Shown one piece after another: positions 1-8,245 of a stretch of DNA of 30,512 nucleotides. Under the pieces are notes generated by a model. That model worked only from the letters and a program-made list of their open reading frames with translations. It was not told the DNA's origin and did no database searches. Within the stretch, counting starts at the first letter, position 1; every line of letters starts with the position of its first letter. The position numbers were made by a program, and so were the translations under genes. The stretch comes from Chthoniobacterales bacterium (GTDB lineage Bacteria; Verrucomicrobiota; Verrucomicrobiia; Chthoniobacterales; Chthoniobacteraceae), in NCBI GenBank assembly GCA_038207335.1, contig JBBQZX010000039.1, forward strand, positions 1-30,512, read 5' to 3'.

Positions 1-429
1 CTCACCGCCGACGCCATCGCCGAGACCGCCGAGTTCTTCAGCTTCGGCACGAACGACCTCACCCAGACCGCCCTCGGCATCAGCCGCGACGACATGGGGA
101 ATTTCCTCCTGCCCTACACCGAGAACGAAGTCTTCACCAAAAACCCCTTCGCCAGCCTCGACCAGACCGGCGTCGGCGAGCTCGTGAAGATCGCGATTGA
201 AAAGGGCCGCAAGACCCGCCCCGACATCAAGCTCGGCATCTGCGGCGAACACGGCGGCGACCCCGACAGCGTGAAATTCTTCCACCGCGTCGGCCTGAAC
301 TACGTCTCCTGCAGCCCCTTCCGCGTCCCCGTCGCCCGCCTCGCCGCCGCCCAAGCCGCCATCGAGGAAAAGCGCGCCACCGCCAAAGCCCCGGCCCCCA
401 AAGCCAAAGCGAAAGCCAAAAAGAAGTAA
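1..429 (+). CDS. ppdK: Pyruvate, phosphate dikinase, 3' part (5' end lies outside the window)
   Basis: Frame 1 is open from base 1: [23 protein letters not shown]...[40 protein letters not shown], the typical PPDK C-terminal motifs. Ends in a Lys/Ala-rich tail. Confidence 0.96.
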   Translation, partial: LTADAIAETAEFFSFGTNDLTQTALGISRDDMGNFLLPYTENEVFTKNPFASLDQTGVGELVKIAIEKGRKTRPDIKLGICGEHGGDPDSVKFFHRVGLNYVSCSPFRVPVARLAAAQAAIEEKRATAKAPAPKAKAKAKKK

Positions 430-458
430 GCCACGGCCTACACCACAAAAATCAAACC

Positions 459-492
459 AGCCGTCCCGGGAAACCGGGACGGCTTTTTGTTT
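459..492 (+). terminator. Rho-independent terminator of ppdK
   Basis: Perfect 11-bp stem AGCCGTCCCGG-GAAA-CCGGGACGGCT (459-484) followed by TTTTGTTT. The convergent toxin gene stops immediately after it at 493. Confidence 0.9.
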
Positions 493-939
493 CTACGGTT
501 TTCGCCTTTGACGCATGCGCGACAGCACGGGTTCAAAGTCGAACTTGCGTGCGCCGCCATCCCTGCCTATGCGCCATAGCGCCGGAGGCTCGCTCTGAGC
601 GGTGAGCCGCATCATGGTTTCATACCCGTTGAGGATGCACTGAGCCTTCCCTGCACGCGTTGCGCCGTTCAGGCCGAGGAGCACAAAGACGAAAGCTCGT
701 GATGATTCGAGCCGCGCCAGAAACAGCGGACTTCTTGTCGTGTCATCATCTCCGGTGATGACAATCCAGCCCCTTTCGCCGACGACAGGCAGCCAGTCCT
801 CATCCGCAGCAGTGCTGAGAAATTCCTCGTCGTGAAGGACGACGGCGAGGCCTTCCGCCGTGAGAAGGTCTCGGAAGGTTCGCCCTCCCGAGTTGCGATC
901 GATGAAGAGGGTCGGCGAATCAGGCCGCGAGCTGTTCAT
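493..939 (-). CDS. PIN-like toxin (VapC45/PIN_10, Rv2019-like)
   Basis: LFIDRN start motif, DEDWL..VGERGWIVITGD acidic PIN motifs, 148 aa. Overlaps the upstream DUF433 gene. Confidence 0.85.
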   Translation of the reverse strand: MNSSRPDSPTLFIDRNSGGRTFRDLLTAEGLAVVLHDEEFLSTAADEDWLPVVGERGWIVITGDDDTTRSPLFLARLESSRAFVFVLLGLNGATRAGKAQCILNGYETMMRLTAQSEPPALWRIGRDGGARKFDFEPVLSRMRQRRKP

Positions 940-1618
940 GCCCTCGAACCCATCGGATAGCCTCTTCGACTTCCTCGAACGTCGCGCCGTAATCCTCGGC
1001 CAAGTCCTTCAACCGCTCACCAGCCACAAACCTCGCATTGATCGCATCCGCCCCGACTGCAAGCCGGGCCAGACACGGGCGCCCAAAGTTTACCGTTGGA
1101 TCGAGAACAATCGACTCCTGCCGTTCGTGGTCTCGCGTGGGAAAAAACTGACCGGCGTAGCCATCCGTGCCGTATCGGAGTTGCATCAAGCCCTCTTTGA
1201 GGATGTCGGGATCGACGATCTGTCCCCTTTCGGACAGCGAAATCAATTGGGCATCTATGTTCACGAATAAATGCTTTTTGTCGTGAAAAAAGTCCCGATG
1301 TGCGAGGAAATGCAGATCGCCGTCGATCGTTCGGAGGTAGTCCATCGCAGCGCGGAAATGTTTCAGCGGAAAACCGTAGCGCCGCCGGATAGCGAGGAGC
1401 ACATGCGCCTCCACCAGATCGAGAAACGAAATGGGGACACCTTTCGACTTCCGATCCGCAAACACGGGCTCCGAGCGACGCTGCTCGCCTGCAGCGGTGT
1501 AATTCCTCCCATCGAACCAAGCACGCAATGTCGAGGCATTGGCTCCGAGATACCGTGCCGCCTCCGCTACCGAGTAGGCAGGGAGTAATTTGATCTCTGC
1601 CGGAGCGGAACGATCCAT
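920..1618 (-). CDS. DUF433-containing antitoxin (VapB45/Rv2018-like)
   Basis: N-terminal PAYSVAEAARYLGANASTLRAW HTH, then ISFLDLVEAHV, then C-terminal DUF433 motif IVLDPTVNFGRPC...FVAGE...LAEDYG...VEEAIRW. Confidence 0.9.
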   Translation of the reverse strand: MDRSAPAEIKLLPAYSVAEAARYLGANASTLRAWFDGRNYTAAGEQRRSEPVFADRKSKGVPISFLDLVEAHVLLAIRRRYGFPLKHFRAAMDYLRTIDGDLHFLAHRDFFHDKKHLFVNIDAQLISLSERGQIVDPDILKEGLMQLRYGTDGYAGQFFPTRDHERQESIVLDPTVNFGRPCLARLAVGADAINARFVAGERLKDLAEDYGATFEEVEEAIRWVRGHEQLAA

Positions 1619-1723
1619 CCTTACATCTACGTCGATTTCAAGAGCCTTTCCAAGGCAGATCGCCGAAGTTTTTTTGCCCTCGTTCCCACGCTTACGCTTC
1701 GCCGGGCCTGATCGTCAGGGGGC

Positions 1724-2288
1724 CTACTCCGGGCGGATCATCTCGAAGCGGTCTGTGGTGCGGCAGTACCAGTGGGGGCTGGCCATGCGGCCGATGACTT
1801 GGTAGCGGTCGCTGCGGATGCGTAGGGTCTCGGGGTCGATGAGTTCGTCGCGGATGTGGGCGCGCTTCACGAGGCCGATCACCAGGCGGTTTCCTCCGAT
1901 TTGGAGCGTGCCCCACTCCACGCATTCGAGGCTCGCGGGGGCGTCGGCGATTCGCGGCACCTTCACCGCCGTGCCCGGGATGGTCGCCAGCCCTGCCGCG
2001 ACGACTTCACTTTTGCCGAAAGGCAGGGTCGCCGCCGTCTTGTTCATCGCCTCGGCGAGCGCTTCATCCACCAGATTCACCACGAATTCATGCCCGGCGC
2101 GGATATTCTTCGCGGTGTCCTTCGGCGTCCCGTCATCGCGGTCGCCGGGGCAGAAGCCGACGATCGGCGGGTTCGCACCGAGGACGTTGAAGAAGCTGAA
2201 CGGCGCGGCATTCACCACGCCCTCCGGCCCGAGCGTCGTCACCCACGCGATCGGGCGCGGCGTGTTCACCTTCGAGATCGAGTTCCAT
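1724..2288 (-). pseudogene. Flavin reductase family protein, frameshifted near the N-terminus
   Basis: Body TPRPIAWVTT...NAAPFSFFN...KDTAKNIR..HEFVVNLV...SLEC is intact. The plausible start ATG at 2288 (MELDLEGEHAA) is out of frame with it (565 nt to the stop) and the linking residues are missing. Confidence 0.8.
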
Positions 2289-2377
2289 GCTCGTAAAACG
2301 TCCCGCCCCCACATCCCGGCCTTGCCGCTCGTCCCACGCTTCGGATTCCTATTCGCACCGATGTCCGGTATTGCTCT

Positions 2378-2386
2378 TGCTAGAAT
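2378..2386 (+). promoter_or_regulatory. Putative extended -10 promoter (TGcTAGAAT) for the 2438 gene
   Basis: TGn plus TAGAAT about 50 nt upstream of the ATG; no clear -35 box. Confidence 0.4.
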
Positions 2387-2437
2387 CCCCGGTTTGCTTC
2401 CCCCGTCTGCCAGCCATCACCCTCCACCTACTTCGCC

Positions 2438-2893
2438 ATGAAAATCACCCTTGCCCGTTTCCTCGCCCTCCTCTTCATCTTCGCCGCAGCCGCGCCTGCC
2501 TTTGCCGCCTCGCCGAAGCCCGGTCGCTATAAAGGAACCTGCATCTTCACCCAGACCCTCGCCGAGAGCGGCCTCGTCGTGAAAAAGACCTTCGCGGTCA
2601 CCGGCCGCATCCGCGACAACTTCACGTGCATCTTCCTCGGCGCACCCACCGGCGTTGCCACCAATCGCGTGGATGGGCGCCTCTTCTCCGGCACCATCAA
2701 TACCGGCCTCATCAAATTTGGCAGCTTCACGGGCGTCGATAACGACGGCAACACATTCACCGGCCAAAACCTCCCCTACACCTTCACCGCCGGCACCCTC
2801 CGGCTCGACTGGACCTTTACCTTCGATTACGGCCAGACCTTCGGCGACACGGTCAACCGCCGCGTCTTCCTCCTGAAGCGCATCGGCGACTGA
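2438..2893 (+). CDS. Hypothetical secreted beta-rich protein, 151 aa
   Basis: Clear signal peptide MKITLARFLALLFIFAAAAPAFA, consistent C-ending codon usage, alternating beta-strand pattern. No family recognised. Confidence 0.8.
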   Translation: MKITLARFLALLFIFAAAAPAFAASPKPGRYKGTCIFTQTLAESGLVVKKTFAVTGRIRDNFTCIFLGAPTGVATNRVDGRLFSGTINTGLIKFGSFTGVDNDGNTFTGQNLPYTFTAGTLRLDWTFTFDYGQTFGDTVNRRVFLLKRIGD

Positions 2894-3243
2894 CGCTTGG
2901 GGATCCAGAGGTTGGGGAGGCCGGCGGTGGTGAGCTTTTCGCGGAGGTCGGCGGCGGCGATGTCGGGGACGGTGAGGAGGACGAGGGCTTCGCCTTTTGC
3001 CTAGTCTGGGATGGCAGTAACGGCAATGAGGCGTTCGTCTTCGGGGAGGTCGAAGAGGCTGGCGATGCGGGTCTCGATGGTTTCGTGTGGGACCATTTCA
3101 CCGGCGATTTTACTGAAGCGGGAGAGGCGGCCCTCGATGTAGAGGAAGCCGTCTTCGTCGAAGCGGGCGAGGTCGCCGGTCTTGAACCAGCCGTCGCGGA
3201 GGACTTCGGCGGTGCGAGCGGGGTCGTGGAGGTAGCCTTCGAA
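2894..3243 (-). pseudogene. Internal fragment of an AMP-binding acyl-ACP/CoA ligase (Aas-like C-terminal domain)
   Basis: [53 protein letters not shown]...AIPD*AKGEALVLL...GLPNLWIPKR. In-frame TAG at 3001-3003, no start codon, and no terminal GK-containing motif. Confidence 0.88.
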
Positions 3244-3281
3244 AGTGTGAGGGTGCGCGGAGGAGTCTGCGGGGGCATTCC

Positions 3282-3358
3282 GAAAAGTGGGTACTAAAAT
3301 CGACACCCTCTCGAGCTCTCTGTAAATTCCTCGAATTGTCTCAAATCGCCCACTTTTC
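3282..3358. repeat. 10-bp perfect inverted repeat enclosing an AT-richer core
   Basis: GAAAAGTGGG (3282-3291) and CCCACTTTTC (3349-3358), with inner GACA/TGTC and TCGAG/CTCGA complementary pieces. Confidence 0.6.
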
Positions 3359-3418
3359 CTCAACGCTCCACCGACGTACCCCGCAAACCGCTCGCGAAGC
3401 CCGACGCGGCAAAAAGGC

Positions 3419-5539
3419 TCAGGGCTGGGGGATGGGGATGGTGAATTGGGCGCGCTTTTTGCCGGGGGTGGCGCGGTTGGCGATGGTGGCGTTGATGCGG
3501 ACGGAGCCATCGGCGTCGATGCCGTGGGCGGCACCGCTGGAGGTGGTGGCGGCGCTGAGGGCGCTGATGCCGGAGATGGTGCCGAAGAGGTCGGAGTTAA
3601 GGTAGAGGTAGCTGCCGTTGCGGGCGAGGAGGGTGACTTTGCCGGTGTTGTCGAGGGCCCAGATGCCGTCGCTGGTCTTGGCGGTGACGTCGGCGGAGGG
3701 GGTGCCGGCGAGTTTGGCCTCGAAGATGGGGGTGCTGCCGGGGCTGTCGGGGAGGACGAGGTTGGTAAATTTGGCGAAGTCGCTGTATTGCGGGGCGGGG
3801 TCGCCGGCACGGACGATGAGGCGGAGGGGAGCGGTGCCGTCGGTCCACCAGATGCCGGTGTTGCCGCTTTTTACGACGAGGTTGGCGGTGAAAGCGATAG
3901 AGCCCGCGGGGCCTTGGACGGGGTTGCCGAAGCTCTTGAATTTGACGCCGTCGAGGGGGGCGGCGTCGGTGCCGGGGGCTTCGCTGCCTTCGCGGGCGAT
4001 GAGGGTGAGGCCGGCGGCGTTTTGCTGGAGGAGGACGGTGTCGTCTGCTTTGGTGACGCCGGGGCCGATCTCGAGGGTGGCGGGGAAGGTGACGCCGTCG
4101 GGGCCGAAGCCGGGGGTGCCGATGGTTTTGATGACTTCGCCGGCGAGGGGGGCGGCGAGGGGGGCGGCGAGGGGAGTGCCAGTGGTGGCCCATATATTCC
4201 AGTCGGCCTGGGTGGTGGCGGTGGAAGGGATGGTAAAGAGCTGGGTGGATTTGTCGTTGAAGGTGAGGCGGACGCCGAGAGAGTCGTCGGTGGCGCGCCA
4301 GCGGCCTTCGCCGAGGGTGCCGTTGTAGCCGAGGAGAGTGCCGATGATGGAGACTTTGGCGGGGCCGCGAGGGTCGTCTTTTCGCACGAGGATGTGGGCG
4401 GCGCCGGTGCCGGTGGCGGCCGCGAGGGCGATGTTGTTTTTAGCAGTGACGCCGGTGCCGGAGAGCTGGATGAGGAAGAAGGGGCTGGTGCCGTCGCCGT
4501 CGATGGAGAGGAATTTGCGGATGACTGCGCCGCCACCGCCTTCGATGGCGTCGCCGGTGCGGGCGACGATGCGGAGGGGTGGGGTGCGGAGGCCGGCGAC
4601 GAGGATGACGTCGTTGGCGGCGGTGACGGCGGGGTCTGCGCCGCTGGCGGGGTGTCGGCGGAGCGTGAGGAGGGCAGTGTCGCCGGAGGGATCGCCGATT
4701 TTGAGGATATCGAGGCCGTCGAGAATGGTGGGGTCGCTGCCTAACTGGAGTTTCACTTTTCCATCGGAGCCGAGGAGGGCGGGAACTTTCTTTTTGCCGA
4801 TGAGGATGCTGCCGAGGGTGGGCGTCTGGGGCACGGCGCCGACGGAGGCGAGGGTGACGCCCTGGTCGGCGTCGGGGACTTGCTCGCCCTCGACGAGGGG
4901 GACGCCGGGGCTCTGAATCTGCGGCGGGTAGGGCTCGAAGACGGCGACGGTGTAGCCGGCGGGGACGTTTTGGTCGTTGCCGGGATAGGAGGACTGGCCG
5001 CCGACGTTGACATACTTTTTCACCTGCTCGGTGGAAAGGCTGGCCGCCCAATAGACGGAGCTGAGCGGGGTGAGCGGCTCGACGCCGAGCCAGTAGCGGT
5101 GGCCTCTGATGAGGGTGACGACCGGTTCGTTGGGCTTGGGATTGCCGTAGTTGTGGTAGGCGAAGTAGCCGCTCCACCGGCCGACGGTGATGCCGGTGAC
5201 GGGGTAGCTGCCGAGAATGCCGCCGAGGACGCCGCCGGCATCGGTGTAAAGTGTGACGCGGGCGCTGGTCTCCGTGCCGCCGCCGTTCGCGAGGAGGATG
5301 ACCTGGATGTATTCCATGGGGCCGGACACCCGTGCCGTGAAGCGGTATGCCGCGGCCTGCGAGCCGGAGCCGACGCTGCTCCCGTTGATCGCATCGGAAA
5401 AGTCCGTGAAGCTGCTGTAGGGCGGGAAGATTTCCGTATCGAGGCTCGAATAGGTGTGGGCATCGTCGCCGGGCGCGGCCACGAGATGCCCCGCTGCGAG
5501 GAAGATGAGTGCGCTGGAGATGAGGCGGAGTGTCTTCAT
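3419..5539 (-). CDS. Secreted surface/beta-propeller-like protein, 706 aa (NxxGxxAF/DUF7453-like tandem repeats)
   Basis: Signal peptide, an N-terminal jelly-roll-like domain (AYRFT...[12 protein letters not shown]...YWLGV), then recurring IVARTGD / [10 protein letters not shown] / IVRAGDPAP / GSIAFTANL / NTGIW / SDGIW units. Confidence 0.8.
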   Translation of the reverse strand: MKTLRLISSALIFLAAGHLVAAPGDDAHTYSSLDTEIFPPYSSFTDFSDAINGSSVGSGSQAAAYRFTARVSGPMEYIQVILLANGGGTETSARVTLYTDAGGVLGGILGSYPVTGITVGRWSGYFAYHNYGNPKPNEPVVTLIRGHRYWLGVEPLTPLSSVYWAASLSTEQVKKYVNVGGQSSYPGNDQNVPAGYTVAVFEPYPPQIQSPGVPLVEGEQVPDADQGVTLASVGAVPQTPTLGSILIGKKKVPALLGSDGKVKLQLGSDPTILDGLDILKIGDPSGDTALLTLRRHPASGADPAVTAANDVILVAGLRTPPLRIVARTGDAIEGGGGAVIRKFLSIDGDGTSPFFLIQLSGTGVTAKNNIALAAATGTGAAHILVRKDDPRGPAKVSIIGTLLGYNGTLGEGRWRATDDSLGVRLTFNDKSTQLFTIPSTATTQADWNIWATTGTPLAAPLAAPLAGEVIKTIGTPGFGPDGVTFPATLEIGPGVTKADDTVLLQQNAAGLTLIAREGSEAPGTDAAPLDGVKFKSFGNPVQGPAGSIAFTANLVVKSGNTGIWWTDGTAPLRLIVRAGDPAPQYSDFAKFTNLVLPDSPGSTPIFEAKLAGTPSADVTAKTSDGIWALDNTGKVTLLARNGSYLYLNSDLFGTISGISALSAATTSSGAAHGIDADGSVRINATIANRATPGKKRAQFTIPIPQP
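4141..4174. repeat. In-frame 12-bp tandem repeat (about 3 copies) encoding [12 protein letters not shown]
   Basis: CGGCGAGGGGGG twice, followed by CGGCGAGGGG. Confidence 0.85.
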
Positions 5540-5641
5540 GGTGAAAGTGCGAGTGTTTCCCGAAATGGGAGGCGCTGCGGTGCCCGCAAGTGCGCCGGCT
5601 AGCGAAGGCGCTCCCGGCGGATTGTCAACCGACTTTCTGCC

Positions 5642-7075
5642 TCACGCGAGCACGTCGCGGATCACTTTTCCATGCACGTCGGTGAGCCGGAAGTCGCGGC
5701 CGCCGAAGCGGTAGGTGAGCTTTTCGTGGTCGATGCCGAGGAGGTGGAACATCGTGGCGTAGAGGTCGTACATGGTCGTGATATTCTCCACGGCATGGTA
5801 GCCGAGGTCGTCGGTCGCGCCGTAGGCCGTGCCGCCGCGGATGCCGCCGCCGGCCATCCAGACGCTGAAGCCTGTGGGGTTGTGATCGCGTCCGTCACTG
5901 CCCTGCGAGAAGGGCGTGCGCCCAAACTCCCCGGCCCACAAGACGAGCGTCTGGTCGAAGAGGCCGCGCGCTTTGAGGTCCGTGATGAGCCCCGCGAGCG
6001 GCTGATCCACCTGGAAGGCCATCGCGCCGTGGCCGTCCTTGAGCTTCGCGTGCTGATCCCACGGGTTCGGCGGATTGCCGAGGCCGATGCCTTTGCTCAG
6101 GCAGGTCAGCTCCACGAAGCGCACGCCGCGCTCCACGAGCCGCCGCGCGACGAGACACTGCCGCGCGTAACCGGCCTTTTCCGCGTCGCTCGAGTCGAGC
6201 CCGTAGAGCTTCTTGGTGGCGTCGCTTTCGCCCGCGATGTCGCACAACTCAGGCACCGCCGTCTGCATCCGGTAGGCCGTCTCGTAGTTCTTGATCGCCG
6301 CCTCGACCTGCGGCTCGTTTGCCGTCCGCAGAAAGCGCTCATCCATGCCGCGGATGAAATCGAGCCGCTCCCGCTGGCTCCCATCGCTCTCGCGCGGCTT
6401 GATATTCGCCAGGGCCTCCGCGGCGTCCGCCTTCAGGATCGACGCCTGATTTTCGCCCGGCAGGTAGCCATTGCTCCACACGCCGACGCCCCCGAGCGGC
6501 GGCGTGGCATTCCCGCTCTCCAGCACGATGAAGCCCGGCAGGTCGCGATTTTCCGTCCCCAGCCCGTAGCACGTCCACGCCCCCGCGCTCGGATGGCCCA
6601 TGAAAGGGAAGCCGGTGTGCGCGACGTAATTCCCCTGCGCGTGCTCGTTTACCTTGCTGGTCATCGAGCGGATCACGGCGAGGTCGTCCGCGCATCCGGC
6701 GAGGTGGGGGAAAAGCTCACTCACCGCGAGCCCGCTCTGCCCGCGCGGACGCGACTCCCACGGGCTTCCCATGATGTTCCCGTTCTCGTTGAAAACCGTG
6801 CGCTCCACCGGCACCGGCATCGCCTGCCCATGCCGCCGCGACAGCTCGGGCTTCGGGTCGAAGCTGTCCACCTGCGACACACCGCCCGACATGTAGGCGA
6901 AAATCACGTGCTTCACCCGCGCCGGGAAGTCCGTCCCCGCCGCGCGCATTTCCGCCCCGTAGCTCCGCTCCGAAAGCAGCCCCCCCAGCGCCACCGCCCC
7001 AAATCCCATCGAACATCGCCGCAGCATCTCGCGCCGCGAAAGCGCAGCGCTTGGGAAGTTATCAGGGAACATCAC
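5642..7075 (-). CDS. DUF1501 domain protein with Tat-type signal
   Basis: SRREML twin-arginine motif, [80 protein letters not shown]. Confidence 0.95.
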   Translation of the reverse strand: MMFPDNFPSAALSRREMLRRCSMGFGAVALGGLLSERSYGAEMRAAGTDFPARVKHVIFAYMSGGVSQVDSFDPKPELSRRHGQAMPVPVERTVFNENGNIMGSPWESRPRGQSGLAVSELFPHLAGCADDLAVIRSMTSKVNEHAQGNYVAHTGFPFMGHPSAGAWTCYGLGTENRDLPGFIVLESGNATPPLGGVGVWSNGYLPGENQASILKADAAEALANIKPRESDGSQRERLDFIRGMDERFLRTANEPQVEAAIKNYETAYRMQTAVPELCDIAGESDATKKLYGLDSSDAEKAGYARQCLVARRLVERGVRFVELTCLSKGIGLGNPPNPWDQHAKLKDGHGAMAFQVDQPLAGLITDLKARGLFDQTLVLWAGEFGRTPFSQGSDGRDHNPTGFSVWMAGGGIRGGTAYGATDDLGYHAVENITTMYDLYATMFHLLGIDHEKLTYRFGGRDFRLTDVHGKVIRDVLA

Positions 7076-7140
7076 GCCTCAACAAACCACCATCCGCGCC
7101 CGAGTCGTAGGATTAAAATGAACGCTCCTGAGCGAGCCCT

Positions 7141-8021
7141 TCACGGCGTCGTCTGCAGCACCTTGCCGGGAATGAGAAACATCCGCCGGGGCTCATTGCA
7201 GATCAGCAGATTCGGCCCGTTGCCACCGAGCATTGTCCCCACCGCACCCGTACACTGGCGCCCCCGCCGCAGTCCATCCCCCCGTGAACCGATAAAAATA
7301 CAGCGACCCCTCCCCGCACGCGATCAAGTCCTCCGCAATCCCCGCCGCATTCGGATACGCGCATACACTCGGATTGATACTCGAATGCCGCAGCGCCACC
7401 CCATCCTCCCCCGCCACCAGCCGCTTCCCCTCCAGCTCAAACCCCGTCGCACTCGTATTGCGATAAAACGTAAAATTCCCCTGCCTCGACCCCGTCACCA
7501 AATCCCTCTCATGCCCCGCTCCCAGCGCCTCCGTCCCATCCCCATTCTCCAGCACCGCCACACATCCCGGCGACCCCACCTCCCCAGCACCACCCGTCCC
7601 GTCTCCCGGAACTCCATCTTCTCCCGATCGAACACCATCCGCACCAGCTCCCCCTTCACCACCCACACCCCCGCACCGTCCCATCCGCCTCATCGAAAAT
7701 CGTCCCCTTCCCCCCCACCGCGCACCGAACCTCCACCGGCTGCGCGAACACCGGCGCCCCCCGACTCCGCCGTCCCCACCCAGCGGAAAAGATGCAACCT
7801 CTGCACCCCCCAAACCCCGCCACGAACAAATCCGGCATCCTCCCCCCAAACACCCGCGCATACCCCAGCACCTCGTGATACAAATTCACCAGCGCCAGCG
7901 GCCCCCGTCCCCCCGGCGGCAAATGCGGCTCCACCGCCCCTGCCCCGCCCGGCATCCCCACACAGATTAGGAGGAAAAATCGCACCCATCTTCGCGCATC
8001 GGGCCAGAGCAAACATCGCAT
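7141..8021 (-). pseudogene. Degraded secreted FG-GAP/VCBS-like repeat protein
   Basis: Protein-like segments in shifting frames: PDLFVAGFGG / LHLFRWVGTAESG / APVFAQPVEV / DLVTGSRQGNFTFYRN / EDLIACGEGSLYFYRFTG..GAPVY / GPNLLICNEPRRMFLIPG*. At least four frameshifts lie in G-runs. Confidence 0.7.
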
Positions 8022-8245
8022 TCATCACAGCCTATCAGACAACATCCAACTCGCCCCAAACGTCAACAGCCACCTTCTGCAACCCAAAACGCCGGACCAA
8101 AGCCTCGTCAGCCTCGCAAAAACAACTATGAGTGATCAAAATATCAACGGTCAGTGCTTTTCCATAAACTGTCAGCTCCCTCCACAATGCACTCAACTCT
8201 TCCGAAGAAAGGCTTGCGGCGACACCCATGACCCCACCCTCCACC

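Noticed and set aside
2255..2288. Programmed ribosomal frameshift in the flavin reductase
   Set aside because: No slippery heptamer, and residues appear to be missing, so a shift alone would not restore the protein.
3001..3003. In-frame TAG in the Aas-like fragment as possible recoding or pyrrolysine readthrough
   Set aside because: The fragment lacks both ends, and TAG is a normal stop for intact genes in this window (PIN toxin, mtnP, LysR, Lon-N, U32).
3001..3810. 269-aa ORF as a real fusion protein
   Set aside because: It concatenates an off-frame part of the 706-aa gene, intergenic DNA and the Aas fragment.
3446..5602. Long Gly-rich, Arg-rich or Pro/Ser-rich ORFs overlapping the 706-aa gene
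   Set aside because: Alternate-frame and antisense artefacts of extreme third-position C bias.
5672..8131. 819-aa + strand ORF
   Set aside because: Antisense shadow of the DUF1501 gene followed by Pro/Arg/Thr low-complexity sequence produced by the C-rich skew; no recognisable motifs.
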